Shown in pieces: positions 55,005-63,747 of a stretch of DNA of 64,000 nt (position 1 is the first letter of the stretch; the number at the start of each line of letters is the position of its first letter). The notes beneath the pieces are model-generated. The model saw only the letters and a list, made by a program, of their open reading frames with translations, was not told where the DNA came from and searched no databases. The position numbers were made by a program, and so were the translations under genes. The stretch comes from Candidatus Multivoradales bacterium (GTDB lineage: Bacteria > Acidobacteriota > Thermoanaerobaculia > Multivoradales > JAHEKO01): assembly GCA_965223855.1 (NCBI GenBank), contig CBDCXM010000002.1, forward strand, positions 96,001-160,000, in the 5' to 3' direction.

Positions 55005-57437
55005 ATGAACGCCGCGCGATCGAGGGTCTCTCGCCTGCTCCTGGCGTGTTTCCTGGGCGCGAGCGGGCTGCTCGCCGCCTCCTTCCCGAACGGATTCCAG
55101 GTCGATGAGGTTCTCGCCGACCTCGATTCGCCCGCGACCCTCGCCTTTTCACCCGACGGCCGGCTCTTCCTCGGCGAGCGAATCTCCGGTCGTCTGCTGG
55201 TGGCGAAGCGATCCGGGAACTCCTGGTCGATCAACGCGACGCCCTTCTACACGTTCGACATCCCCAAGGACGGCAACGGCAATCCGGTACGGCATCGCTC
55301 GTCCGGGCTGCGCGATATCGCCTTCGACCCGGACTTCGAGAGCAACGGCTTCGTCTACGCGTTCTACATGCGCAACAACCCGCGTCACAACCGCGTGGTG
55401 CGCATCCAGGCGAGCGGCGCCAATCCGGATGTCGCATTGCCCGGCTCCGAGGCGCTCCTGATCGACCTGCCGTTCAACAGCACCGGCTCGTCCGGCAGTC
55501 ACAACGGCGGAGCGCTCGAGTTCGGGGCCGACGGCAAGCTCTACATCAGCACCGGGGACGGCTGGTCGGGCGGCGACTCCGTGCAGACGCTCACCACCTT
55601 CACCGGCAAGTTGCTGCGGATCAACTCGAACGGCTCGATCCCGAGCGACAACCCGTTCTTCGACCAGGCGACCGGCCGCTACCGCTCGATCTACGGGCTC
55701 GGGCTGCGCAACCCGTTCTCGATGTCCTTCGATCCCAAGAGCGGTGAGCTGTTCGTCAACGACGCCGTCGGACCGGCGAAGGCGGACGTCTTCCTCGTCG
55801 AGGCTGCCGCCAACTACGGCCACCAGGGGACCGGTGGCGGAGGGGTGCCGCGCAACCCCTGGGCCAACGTCGGGGCGGCCGGTTCGCTCGTCACGGGAGG
55901 CGCCTGGTACCCGGCGTCGGGCTCCTTTCCTTCCGAATACGACGGTAGCTACTTCGTCGCTCTTTGGGGCAACAACGGCGCCTCCAACGATGGCGCCATC
56001 GGCCGGGTGCTCGGGTTCGGCCAGCCGACTACGGTCGGCTTCGGCACCGAGGTGCACAGCGGCGACCGCAAGCCGGTGCTGACGCGGGTCGATCCCGTCA
56101 CCGGAGACCTCTTCTACCTGCTCACGACCTATGAGACCGGCGCCGGCTCGATCGAGCGGGTTCGCTGGACCGGCCAGAACTCGGTCGCGACGCCGACCTT
56201 CGACCCGGCGCCCGGCCAGTACGACGATCCGGTGACGCTGACGATGGCGACGACGACGGCGGGAGCGACGATTCGCTACACGCTGGACGGTTCGACGCCG
56301 ACCGGCACCAGTACCCTTTACGTCGGCCCGATCCTCATCTCCCGCACGACGATCGTGAAGGCCCGGGCCTTCGCGCCGCCGCTGCTCGACAGCTCGGTGG
56401 CCGAGGGGTTCTTTCAGATCGGGCCGAGCATGAACCTGCCGCCGGTCGCCGAGGCGGGGCCGGATCAGGTGGCGGCAGTCGACGAGCTGGTGGTGCTCAA
56501 CGGGTCCGCGTCGACCGACCCGGACGGAGACGACGAGAAGATGAGCGAGGAGTGGGTACAGATCGCCGGGCCGCCGCTCGACTTCGTCGGTGACGACCTG
56601 GTCGCCTTCGTCACGCCCGAGGAGACCGGCTTCTATCGCTTCGAGCTGACGGTCTCCGACGGTGAGCTTGCGGATTCCGACACGACCGCCCTGACGGTGC
56701 TGCCGTGTCTCGACGACGTCCGCGACGGGCTCGTCGGTCGATGGTCGTTCGAGGAGGGCTCGGGGACCGTGGTTCTCGACAGCTCGAGCGGTGCACTCAA
56801 CGGCACCGTCGCCGGCGCGACCTGGAGCCAGCAGACCGCCGACGGGAGCGCCTGGGCGCTCGACTTCGACGGAGTCGACGATCAGGTCGACATGGGGACC
56901 TTCGATCTCGGCGGCTCGGCCTTCACCATCGCGCTCTGGATGCGCGCCGACGACTTCGGTCAGATGGACGGCCGCTTCGTCTCCAAGGCTTCCGGCGTGC
57001 AGCCCGACGACCACTACTGGATGGTGTCGACGATCCTGCAATCGTCCGAGACCCGCCTTCGGTTCCGTCTCCGGACCGGTGGTTCGACGACCACGCTGAT
57101 CGCCGGGTCCGGAGCGCTCGCCACCGGAGTGTGGACCCACGTGGCGGCCGTCTACGACGGCGCCGAGATGCGCCTCTACAAGGACGGCGTGGAGGTCGGC
57201 TCCACGCCCAAGAGCGGCGCCGTCGATACCGACCCCCTCGTGCCGGTCGCTTTCGGCGATCAGCCCGGCGGCACCCGGCCGTTCGACGGCCTGCTCGACG
57301 AGGTGCGGCTCTACGATCGAGCGCTGACGGTAGAGGAGCTCGCCGTGCTGGTGACCGGCGAGAGCGACTGCGTCGTGGTGTTCGCGGACGGTTTCGAGAC
57401 CGGCGACACTTCCGCCTGGTCGACCACCATCCCCTAG
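55005..57437 (+). CDS. secreted PQQ-dependent sugar dehydrogenase + Fn3-associated + PKD-like + LamG domains + DGFETGD tail
   Basis: HNGG.LEFGADGKLYISTGDG, GLRNPF, IRYTLDGSTP, PVAEAGPDQ, WTHVAAVYDG and DEVRLYDRAL; ends VFADGFETGDTSAWSTTIP*. Confidence 0.9.
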   Translation: MNAARSRVSRLLLACFLGASGLLAASFPNGFQVDEVLADLDSPATLAFSPDGRLFLGERISGRLLVAKRSGNSWSINATPFYTFDIPKDGNGNPVRHRSSGLRDIAFDPDFESNGFVYAFYMRNNPRHNRVVRIQASGANPDVALPGSEALLIDLPFNSTGSSGSHNGGALEFGADGKLYISTGDGWSGGDSVQTLTTFTGKLLRINSNGSIPSDNPFFDQATGRYRSIYGLGLRNPFSMSFDPKSGELFVNDAVGPAKADVFLVEAAANYGHQGTGGGGVPRNPWANVGAAGSLVTGGAWYPASGSFPSEYDGSYFVALWGNNGASNDGAIGRVLGFGQPTTVGFGTEVHSGDRKPVLTRVDPVTGDLFYLLTTYETGAGSIERVRWTGQNSVATPTFDPAPGQYDDPVTLTMATTTAGATIRYTLDGSTPTGTSTLYVGPILISRTTIVKARAFAPPLLDSSVAEGFFQIGPSMNLPPVAEAGPDQVAAVDELVVLNGSASTDPDGDDEKMSEEWVQIAGPPLDFVGDDLVAFVTPEETGFYRFELTVSDGELADSDTTALTVLPCLDDVRDGLVGRWSFEEGSGTVVLDSSSGALNGTVAGATWSQQTADGSAWALDFDGVDDQVDMGTFDLGGSAFTIALWMRADDFGQMDGRFVSKASGVQPDDHYWMVSTILQSSETRLRFRLRTGGSTTTLIAGSGALATGVWTHVAAVYDGAEMRLYKDGVEVGSTPKSGAVDTDPLVPVAFGDQPGGTRPFDGLLDEVRLYDRALTVEELAVLVTGESDCVVVFADGFETGDTSAWSTTIP
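57378..57434 (+). repeat. C-terminal protein motif copy 4: VFADGFETGDTSAWSTTIP
   Basis: Last 19 codons before the stop. Confidence 0.9.
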
Positions 57438-57617
57438 GACGCAGGGTCGGTTCCCGCCGGGCAGTTTGCTCGCTCCCGGGCGGCGCGTATCTTCGCTTCG
57501 CCCACACGGGAGAATCGAGACGCAACGGAAGCGACTACGGGAACGGTGCACCCTGTCTCTGTCGAGCCGGCGCGCAGAATACGTGGTGCCCGGGTCCCGT
57601 AGACTGGGTGGGCATCA

Positions 57618-58142
57618 ATGAGCAACAGGGAACAGCAGTCGTTGCGTTGCGAGAGCTGTGGGGCGGGTGCGGTCGCTCCTGCAGTGGCGGGTGTGTTCGA
57701 ATGCGCTCACTGCGGCTCGGTCCATCTTCCGAGCTTCGAGCGACTCGCGGACGCGGAGGTCAGCAGCGTTCGAGCAGGGGAAGAGTGTCCAATCTGCGGC
57801 ACCGCTCTCTTCCACGCCCGAGCGGACCGTTGGAGTGTTCTCCAATGTCGCAGCTGCGCGGGACTGTTCGTGTCCGGGAACGACTTCTGGAGGATCGTCG
57901 AGTACCGCCGTGCACGGCTTCGTGAGGACTGCGAAGCGCCCTCGTCGATGATGAAGCGGGAGCGTGCGCGGTCGATCGAGTGCCCAGCCTGCCCTACCCG
58001 CATGAAGGCGCATCCGTACCACGGCCCCGGGCGGTTCGTCATCGACTGGTGTCCGCAGTGTTCGGCGGTATGGCTCGATCGCGGTGAGCTTCGACTGGCG
58101 ACAACGAGCTGCTGGCCCGAGGGTTCATGGTCCTCCGGGTAG
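57618..58142 (+). CDS. zf-TFIIB-type zinc ribbon protein
   Basis: Six CxxC pairs, and IDWCPQCSAVWLDRGEL. Confidence 0.8.
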   Translation: MSNREQQSLRCESCGAGAVAPAVAGVFECAHCGSVHLPSFERLADAEVSSVRAGEECPICGTALFHARADRWSVLQCRSCAGLFVSGNDFWRIVEYRRARLREDCEAPSSMMKRERARSIECPACPTRMKAHPYHGPGRFVIDWCPQCSAVWLDRGELRLATTSCWPEGSWSSG

Positions 58143-58185
58143 AGTGCATGGAGCTCCAGGCCGATCTCGCGACGGAGCGAGGCTC

Positions 58186-59067
58186 GTGACTTCCGCGAGC
58201 GTCTGCCTCAACTGCGACACCCCGCTCGACGGCCGCTACTGCGTCGCTTGCGGCCAGGACTCGCGGCCGCCGCAGCGTTCCCTCCTCGCGATTCTCGGTG
58301 AGTTCCTGTCAGAGCTCGTGTCCTTCGAGGGGCGTATGTTCCGCTCGCTGGCGACCCTTGTGGTCCCGGGCAAGTTGACGCTGCTCTACCTGGAGGGAAA
58401 GCGGGCTCGCTTCACTCCGCCGTTTCGGCTCTATCTCATCGCCAGTCTGCTGCTGTTCTCGACAACCCTCACACTGACCCCGCCCGACCCGGAGGGGCTC
58501 AATCTCTTCATCGGCGGGGTGAGGATCGGAGAGCAGCGCGAAGGTGACGTCACGAGGACGATCGAGCTGATCAAGGACGAAGGGTGGGGGCGCGTTCTCC
58601 CTTCCGTCGCTGGAGAACGGATCGAGCGCCTCCGTGCGATGAGCGCCGAAGATGCAGTCTCGGTGGTCTTCTCAGGGTTGAGGCGGTACCTGCCGGCCGG
58701 CTTTATCGTGCTGGTGCCTCTCGTAGCTTTCGCACTGCACCTGCTGTTCCTGTTTCCGAAACGAGCGCGTCGCTGGTTCGTCGAACACCTCGTGACAGCC
58801 GTTCATCTGCAGGCGGCGCTCTTTCTGGCCGTCTCGATCGGATGGACTGTGGGACCCCTGTTCATCGAGGAGGCAGGGAAGTACCTGATTGTCGTCGCGG
58901 CCTTGCTGAGTTGGTTTCTTGTCTATCTTCCGTGGACGTTGCGCCGTGTCTATGGGCAGTCGAGGACGTGGACGGCTGTGAAGTGGTTCCTCCTGCTGTG
59001 GCTGTACGGGCAGTGCGCCGGGCTGATCATGTCGATCGCCATTCTGTTGGCGATCTGGAACGTCTGA
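58186..59067 (+). CDS. DUF3667-domain membrane protein
   Basis: CLNC...YCVACGQ, PGKLT..YLEGKRARFTPPFRLYL and EHLV.AVH. Confidence 0.85.
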   Translation: MTSASVCLNCDTPLDGRYCVACGQDSRPPQRSLLAILGEFLSELVSFEGRMFRSLATLVVPGKLTLLYLEGKRARFTPPFRLYLIASLLLFSTTLTLTPPDPEGLNLFIGGVRIGEQREGDVTRTIELIKDEGWGRVLPSVAGERIERLRAMSAEDAVSVVFSGLRRYLPAGFIVLVPLVAFALHLLFLFPKRARRWFVEHLVTAVHLQAALFLAVSIGWTVGPLFIEEAGKYLIVVAALLSWFLVYLPWTLRRVYGQSRTWTAVKWFLLLWLYGQCAGLIMSIAILLAIWNV

Positions 59068-59069
59068 GC

Positions 59070-60617
59070 TCAGCCGAAGTGCCGGAAGCGTTCCCAGACC
59101 GTCGATAGCGGCACTCTGGGCCGCCACACCTTCCAGATCGGCATCCGGTCGCGCCAGCGCATGCAGTAGGCGCATTCGTGACGATCGAGGAGAGAGACCT
59201 CCTCGAAGAGCTCGCGCAGTTCCTCCTCCCGGCCGCCGATCACCAGGCCGCCGTCGACGTCGTCGTCGGGCGGCCCCCACAGGAAGTAGCTGTTGTGGTC
59301 GCTGTGGACGCTCGGGAAGCCTGCGAACTCGGGCCCACCGCGGAAGTGCTCGAGCGCGCCCGCCTGGCCGTAGGAGGGGGCGACGATCGCCAGCTTCGCC
59401 CCGGTGGGGAAGTCGGCGGCCACGAGCGCGCGATCGACGTCCTCGACGAACGCCTCCCATTCGAGGCGGTCGGCGAACCACTGCGGCAGGGGAGACGTCT
59501 TTCCCTCACCCGACTCGATCTGCGGCACCACGCCGAGCGCGCCGGCGTAGCGCGAGAGCATCTCGGGAGGCAGGACCGGCGAGCCGATCGGCAGCAGGAC
59601 GAGTCCGCAGAGCGCCATCCACGCCACCGCGACCGGTCGCAGCCAGCGTCGCCGGTCGGCCGTCAGGCGGTCGAGCCACATCCCGCCGGCGGCGAACAGA
59701 ACGGGGTAGATGCCGGTGATGCGATCGGGCCGGCTTTTCTCACTCGCGACCATCAGCACGAAGAGGATCGCGCAGGCGAGCCCGACGTGGCGCCACTGCC
59801 TCGCCGACGGAACTCGCAGCAGGAAGTACAGGCCGAGCAGCCACAGCGGCAGTGTCCCCGGGTTCATCACCAGTACCTGGAAGAGGGCGACCGCCCACCA
59901 CGGGGTCGGCTCGTTCTTGTAGAGATCGGCGTTGCGGTAGAACTCGAGCGAAGGCCAACCGTGCTGCGCCTGCCAGAGCAGGTTGGGCGCAAGCATCGCC
60001 AGCGCGAGGGCGGCACCTGCCCACAACCAGGGTGATCGGAGGTGCCGCCTTGCAGGCGTCCAGGGGAGCGCGAGTGCCAGCCCGACCGCCAGCAGCACGA
60101 ACGTATGCTTGTTGAGCAGGGCGATGCCGGAGAGGGCGCCGAAGGCGAGCCACAGCCGCGGCTCGTCACGAGCCTCGATCTCGACCAGTACCCAGCAGGC
60201 TGCGAGCCATAGCGCCAGTCCGAGCGCGTTCATCGAGAACATGCCGAAGAAGATCTGCGGCACAGAGGCGATCAGGATTGCGGCTCCGGCGACGAGCTGG
60301 CCGAAGGGGGAGGCTCCCAGCCGTCGCGCCAGCAGCCCCGTACCGGCGACTGTGGCGGCTCCGATCAGCGCCGGCAGGATGCGCAGCGCCAGTAGCGAGT
60401 CTCCGAGAAGCGCCCGGTTGGCGGCGAGCATCGCCGGTGCCAGGGGAGGGTGATCGACGTAGCCCCAGGCGAGCCGCTCGGCGCAGGCGAGGTAGTAGAA
60501 CTCGTCGATGAAGCGGCCGTAGCTGCCTAGAACTCCGGGCAGCAGGAAGAGCAGGAACGAGGCTCCTGTCAGGAGAAGGAGGGAGCTGTCGGGCAGTCGG
60601 AGGGATCGTTCGTTCAT
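59070..60617 (-). CDS. glycosyltransferase family 39 (PMT/ArnT-like)
   Basis: DEFYYLAC.ERLAWGYVDHPP, LLNK, PNLLWQ, YGQAGA and HNSYFLWGP. Confidence 0.9.
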   Translation of the reverse strand: MNERSLRLPDSSLLLLTGASFLLFLLPGVLGSYGRFIDEFYYLACAERLAWGYVDHPPLAPAMLAANRALLGDSLLALRILPALIGAATVAGTGLLARRLGASPFGQLVAGAAILIASVPQIFFGMFSMNALGLALWLAACWVLVEIEARDEPRLWLAFGALSGIALLNKHTFVLLAVGLALALPWTPARRHLRSPWLWAGAALALAMLAPNLLWQAQHGWPSLEFYRNADLYKNEPTPWWAVALFQVLVMNPGTLPLWLLGLYFLLRVPSARQWRHVGLACAILFVLMVASEKSRPDRITGIYPVLFAAGGMWLDRLTADRRRWLRPVAVAWMALCGLVLLPIGSPVLPPEMLSRYAGALGVVPQIESGEGKTSPLPQWFADRLEWEAFVEDVDRALVAADFPTGAKLAIVAPSYGQAGALEHFRGGPEFAGFPSVHSDHNSYFLWGPPDDDVDGGLVIGGREEELRELFEEVSLLDRHECAYCMRWRDRMPIWKVWRPRVPLSTVWERFRHFG

Positions 60618-60677
60618 GGCGACAGGGTAGAGGCGTGTCGGCTCCCGGCCGGCCGTTGTCGCCGTTCCGGCAATGGC

Positions 60678-60710
60678 GCGGGACGAGCGGGACTGAGGCG
60701 GGACGAGCGG
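60678..60710. promoter_or_regulatory. putative LytTR-binding direct repeat
   Basis: Perfect 13-bp direct repeat GCGGGACGAGCGG at 60678 and 60698 (20-bp period). The reverse complement contains CCGCTCGTC, like the AlgR site CCGTTCGTC. It lies between the divergent GT39 and LytS/LytTR genes. Confidence 0.65.
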
Positions 60711-60747
60711 CACCGGCTGGTCGGTGCTCGAAACCTATACTGGAAGG

Positions 60748-61887
60748 GTGCTCCGCAAGCCTCCTCCGCGCCTGACCATGGTCGATCGTCCGAACCTCCG
60801 GATCTGGTTCTCGATCGTCCTCGCTCTCGGCCTGCTCCTCTTCACGTACCACTACCTGGCCGCGGTGACCTCGGGCCATGCGATCTCGCCGCTCGAACCG
60901 CTGATCAACGAGCTGACCGCCGCCTTCGGTGCCGGGTTGCTGTTCTGGGGCGTTCGCGCCCTGGCGCTGGCAAAGCCTCTGGAGCGCGGTCGGATCGTCG
61001 CCAGGATCCCTGTCTACGTCGCGGCGCTCGTGGCCTACACGGTTCTCCACACCAGCTCGAACTGGCTGTCGCGTGCAGCTCTCTATCCGGTCGCAGGGCT
61101 CGGGCGTTTCGACTACGGCGAGATGCCGCTGCGCTACTTCATGGAGTTCCCGATCGATCTGATCTCCTTCGTCCTCATGGTGGGCGCGGTCCGCTGGGCC
61201 GAGCTGCGACGCCTGGAACGGGATCGGGAGAACCGCGAGCTCCGGCTGGAGCGCAGCCTCACCGAGGCACGGCTCGCCAACCTGCGGCTGCAGCTCCAGC
61301 CGCACTTCCTCTTCAACGCGCTCAACACGATCTCCTCGGTTCTTCATCGCGACCCGGACATCGCCGACGAGCTGCTGGAGCGCCTCGCCCACCTGCTGCG
61401 GGGAGCTCTGTCGTCCGAACGCGATGACCTGGTGCCACTCGAGCGGGAGCTCGACTGGCTGCGGGCCTACGTGGCGCTCCTCGAAGCTCGCTTCGAAGAG
61501 CGACTCGTGTTCGAGGTCGACGTCCCCGACGACCTCAGGCGGCAGCTGCTTCCGGCGATGAGTCTCCAGCCGCTGGTCGAGAACGCCGTGAGGCATGGTG
61601 GTCTCGAGCAGCGCGGCACCGGCCGGATCCGAGTTACCGCGGAGGAGGCCGAGGGAGGCCGCTCCTGGCAGGTGGCGGTGTGCGACGACGGGGAGCGCTT
61701 CGATGTCGAGGCGGCCGGCAACGGCGGCGGCTTCGGCCTGCGATCGGTTCGCGAGCGCCTCGAGCTGCTCTTCGGCGGAGCCGCTCGACTGGAACTGGTC
61801 GGACGGGAGAGGGGCGGTTGTCGGGCGGTCCTGACGATGCCGCTCGATCCGGCGGTTCCGGGTGCCGCCGGGGGCGTCGGGGGGTGA
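60748..61887 (+). CDS. LytS/YehU-family sensor histidine kinase
   Basis: LQLQPHFLFNALNTIS, LQPLVENAVRHG, DDG and GFGL; 4 TMs. GTG start 6 nt after TATACT. Confidence 0.92.
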   Translation: MLRKPPPRLTMVDRPNLRIWFSIVLALGLLLFTYHYLAAVTSGHAISPLEPLINELTAAFGAGLLFWGVRALALAKPLERGRIVARIPVYVAALVAYTVLHTSSNWLSRAALYPVAGLGRFDYGEMPLRYFMEFPIDLISFVLMVGAVRWAELRRLERDRENRELRLERSLTEARLANLRLQLQPHFLFNALNTISSVLHRDPDIADELLERLAHLLRGALSSERDDLVPLERELDWLRAYVALLEARFEERLVFEVDVPDDLRRQLLPAMSLQPLVENAVRHGGLEQRGTGRIRVTAEEAEGGRSWQVAVCDDGERFDVEAAGNGGGFGLRSVRERLELLFGGAARLELVGRERGGCRAVLTMPLDPAVPGAAGGVGG

Positions 61888-62669
61888 CTCACTCGATCCT
61901 GATCGTCGACGACGAGGCTCCGGCGCGCCGCAAGACTCGCCGGTTGCTCGAGGGCGAGAGCGACTGGAAGGTCGTGGGAGAAGCGGTCGACGGGGACGAC
62001 GCTGTCGAGAAGATTCGCGGCCTCGACCCCGACGTCGTTCTGCTCGACATCCAGATGCCGAAGCGCTCGGGATTCGAGGTCATCGACGAGGTCGGTGTCG
62101 ACGACATGCCGGTGGTCATCTTCTCCACGGCGTTCGACGAGCACGCCGTCGCCGCCTTCGAGGTCGAAGCGGTCGACTACCTCCTCAAGCCCTACTCCGC
62201 CCGCCGGCTGCGAGGGGCTCTGGAGCGAGCTCGCCGGCGACTGGCGGAGGATCCGGCTGCCGCGTCGAAGCAGTTGCAGCAGGTCCTGGCGACCCTGCGT
62301 GGCCCGGAACCGCGCTTCCTGCGACGACTGCAGGTCGAAGTCTCACCCCACCGGGAAGTGCTGGTCGATGTCTCGACGATCGACCTGCTGCGGGCGAAGC
62401 GCAACTACGTGGGCCTCGAGAGCGGTTCGGTCACCTACCGCTGCAGAGGCCCCCTTTCCAGGCTCGAGCAGCGGCTCGATCCGGAGGAGTTCGTGCGGAT
62501 CAACCGGTCCGAGATCGTGCGAGTCGGCGCGGTGGTCGAGTTGCAGCCGTGGTTCCACGGCGACTATCGGGTGATTCTGGCGAGCGGAGAGACGCTCTCG
62601 TGGAGCCGGCGCTACCGGGCACGTGGCAAGCGGGCGTTCGAGGGGAGAGGGGGGGGGGCCGACGAGTGA
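61884..62669 (+). CDS. LytTR-family response regulator
   Basis: IVDDE, LDIQMP, TAFDE, DYLLKP, FVRINRSEIV and WSRRY; GTGA-coupled to the kinase. Confidence 0.93.
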   Translation: MTHSILIVDDEAPARRKTRRLLEGESDWKVVGEAVDGDDAVEKIRGLDPDVVLLDIQMPKRSGFEVIDEVGVDDMPVVIFSTAFDEHAVAAFEVEAVDYLLKPYSARRLRGALERARRRLAEDPAAASKQLQQVLATLRGPEPRFLRRLQVEVSPHREVLVDVSTIDLLRAKRNYVGLESGSVTYRCRGPLSRLEQRLDPEEFVRINRSEIVRVGAVVELQPWFHGDYRVILASGETLSWSRRYRARGKRAFEGRGGGADE

Positions 62670-62693
62670 CGAGTCACCCGCCGGCCTCCGGGA

Positions 62694-63263
62694 CTACTCG
62701 GAGCGGGTGAGGAGTACTTCCATGTTCTGCATCTCCTCGCCGCCCTCCGGAGTGATGTAACCGGCGACCGTGAAGGTGTCGTCGCCGGTCCACTCCGTCG
62801 TCACCCGCATCGTCATCGGGTTGCCCGTCATCGGGTCCGTGAACGTCGTGCTGAGGTCGCCCGCCGTCTCACCGGTGAACATCATGGTGCTGGTCATCAT
62901 GCTGTCCATCCAGACGTTGGTGTAGAGCTGCTTCATTTTGTCGTAGCCGTTGATGCCGATGCCGGTGAACGGCTGCCCCATCATCTCGCTCGACCACACC
63001 GCCTTGACGAAGCGGCCGTCGAGCATCGACTCGGCGGTCATGGTGCCGGTCGCCTCCATCGGCGGCTGGCCGGGCATCATCCAGGTCTTCTGGGTGTAGG
63101 TCCAGCTGCCGACCATCTTCGCCAGCGCTTCATGCTCTTCTCCGGGCGTCGCCATCTCGGCCATCATCGCCATCGGGTCCCCTTCCTGAGCGTTGGAAGG
63201 TGCCGCCGGGAGCGGGGTGAGTGCCAGTGCGGCGAACGCCATTGCGAGAGTGAGTCGTTTCAT
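62694..63263 (-). CDS. DUF1579-family secreted protein
   Basis: Signal peptide; PGEEH..L..MVGSW, LDGRF, F.GIGINGYD and W.DSM; Met-rich. Confidence 0.85.
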   Translation of the reverse strand: MKRLTLAMAFAALALTPLPAAPSNAQEGDPMAMMAEMATPGEEHEALAKMVGSWTYTQKTWMMPGQPPMEATGTMTAESMLDGRFVKAVWSSEMMGQPFTGIGINGYDKMKQLYTNVWMDSMMTSTMMFTGETAGDLSTTFTDPMTGNPMTMRVTTEWTGDDTFTVAGYITPEGGEEMQNMEVLLTRSE

Positions 63264-63373
63264 CAGTCTTCCCTTTTCCGGATTTCTCGGGTTGCCGAGC
63301 GAGCCTCGCTCACTCGAGGTTGGTGGTCCTCTGGCCTGGCCGAGCCGACCGGGTCCGCCGCGCCGACCGGCCG

Positions 63374-63718
63374 TCAGTCGACGGCGAGCAACTCGTCGAT
63401 GTCCTCCGCGACCGCCTCGCAGGCGGACCGCATCGAGTTCCGCTCTTCCTGGGTCGCCTGCTGAAGCTCGGTCAGCGCCTCCGTCAGCTCCGCCTCGGCC
63501 TCGAGGGCGAGCTGATGCCTCGCCTGCTGCCCGGACGCCTGTTCGGCGCGCGAGACGAAGCGACGAGCCTCCTGCAGATGCCGCTGCGCGCGCTCGAAGG
63601 CGTCGGTCTCCTCGGCGGAGGCGCCGAGGGTGACGAAGAGCGGAACGGCGGCGGCAGCGCCCTGCGCCATGCGTTTGAGGAACGTCCTGCGGTCGGGCTT
63701 TTCGGCGGGATGGTTCAC
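63374..63718 (-). CDS. small Tat-signal helical protein, unknown function
   Basis: DRRTFLK Tat motif plus hydrophobic stretch. GTG start 7 nt after TACACT. Confidence 0.7.
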   Translation of the reverse strand: MNHPAEKPDRRTFLKRMAQGAAAAVPLFVTLGASAEETDAFERAQRHLQEARRFVSRAEQASGQQARHQLALEAEAELTEALTELQQATQEERNSMRSACEAVAEDIDELLAVD

Positions 63719-63747
63719 GAGCCGAAGTGTAGCAAGGAGTCCTCCCG

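Noticed and set aside
20918-57434. DGFESGD tails as a DNA repeat, mobile element or CRISPR-like repeat
   Set aside because: Copies differ at synonymous positions, are always in frame at protein ends, and have no flanking repeats or spacers.
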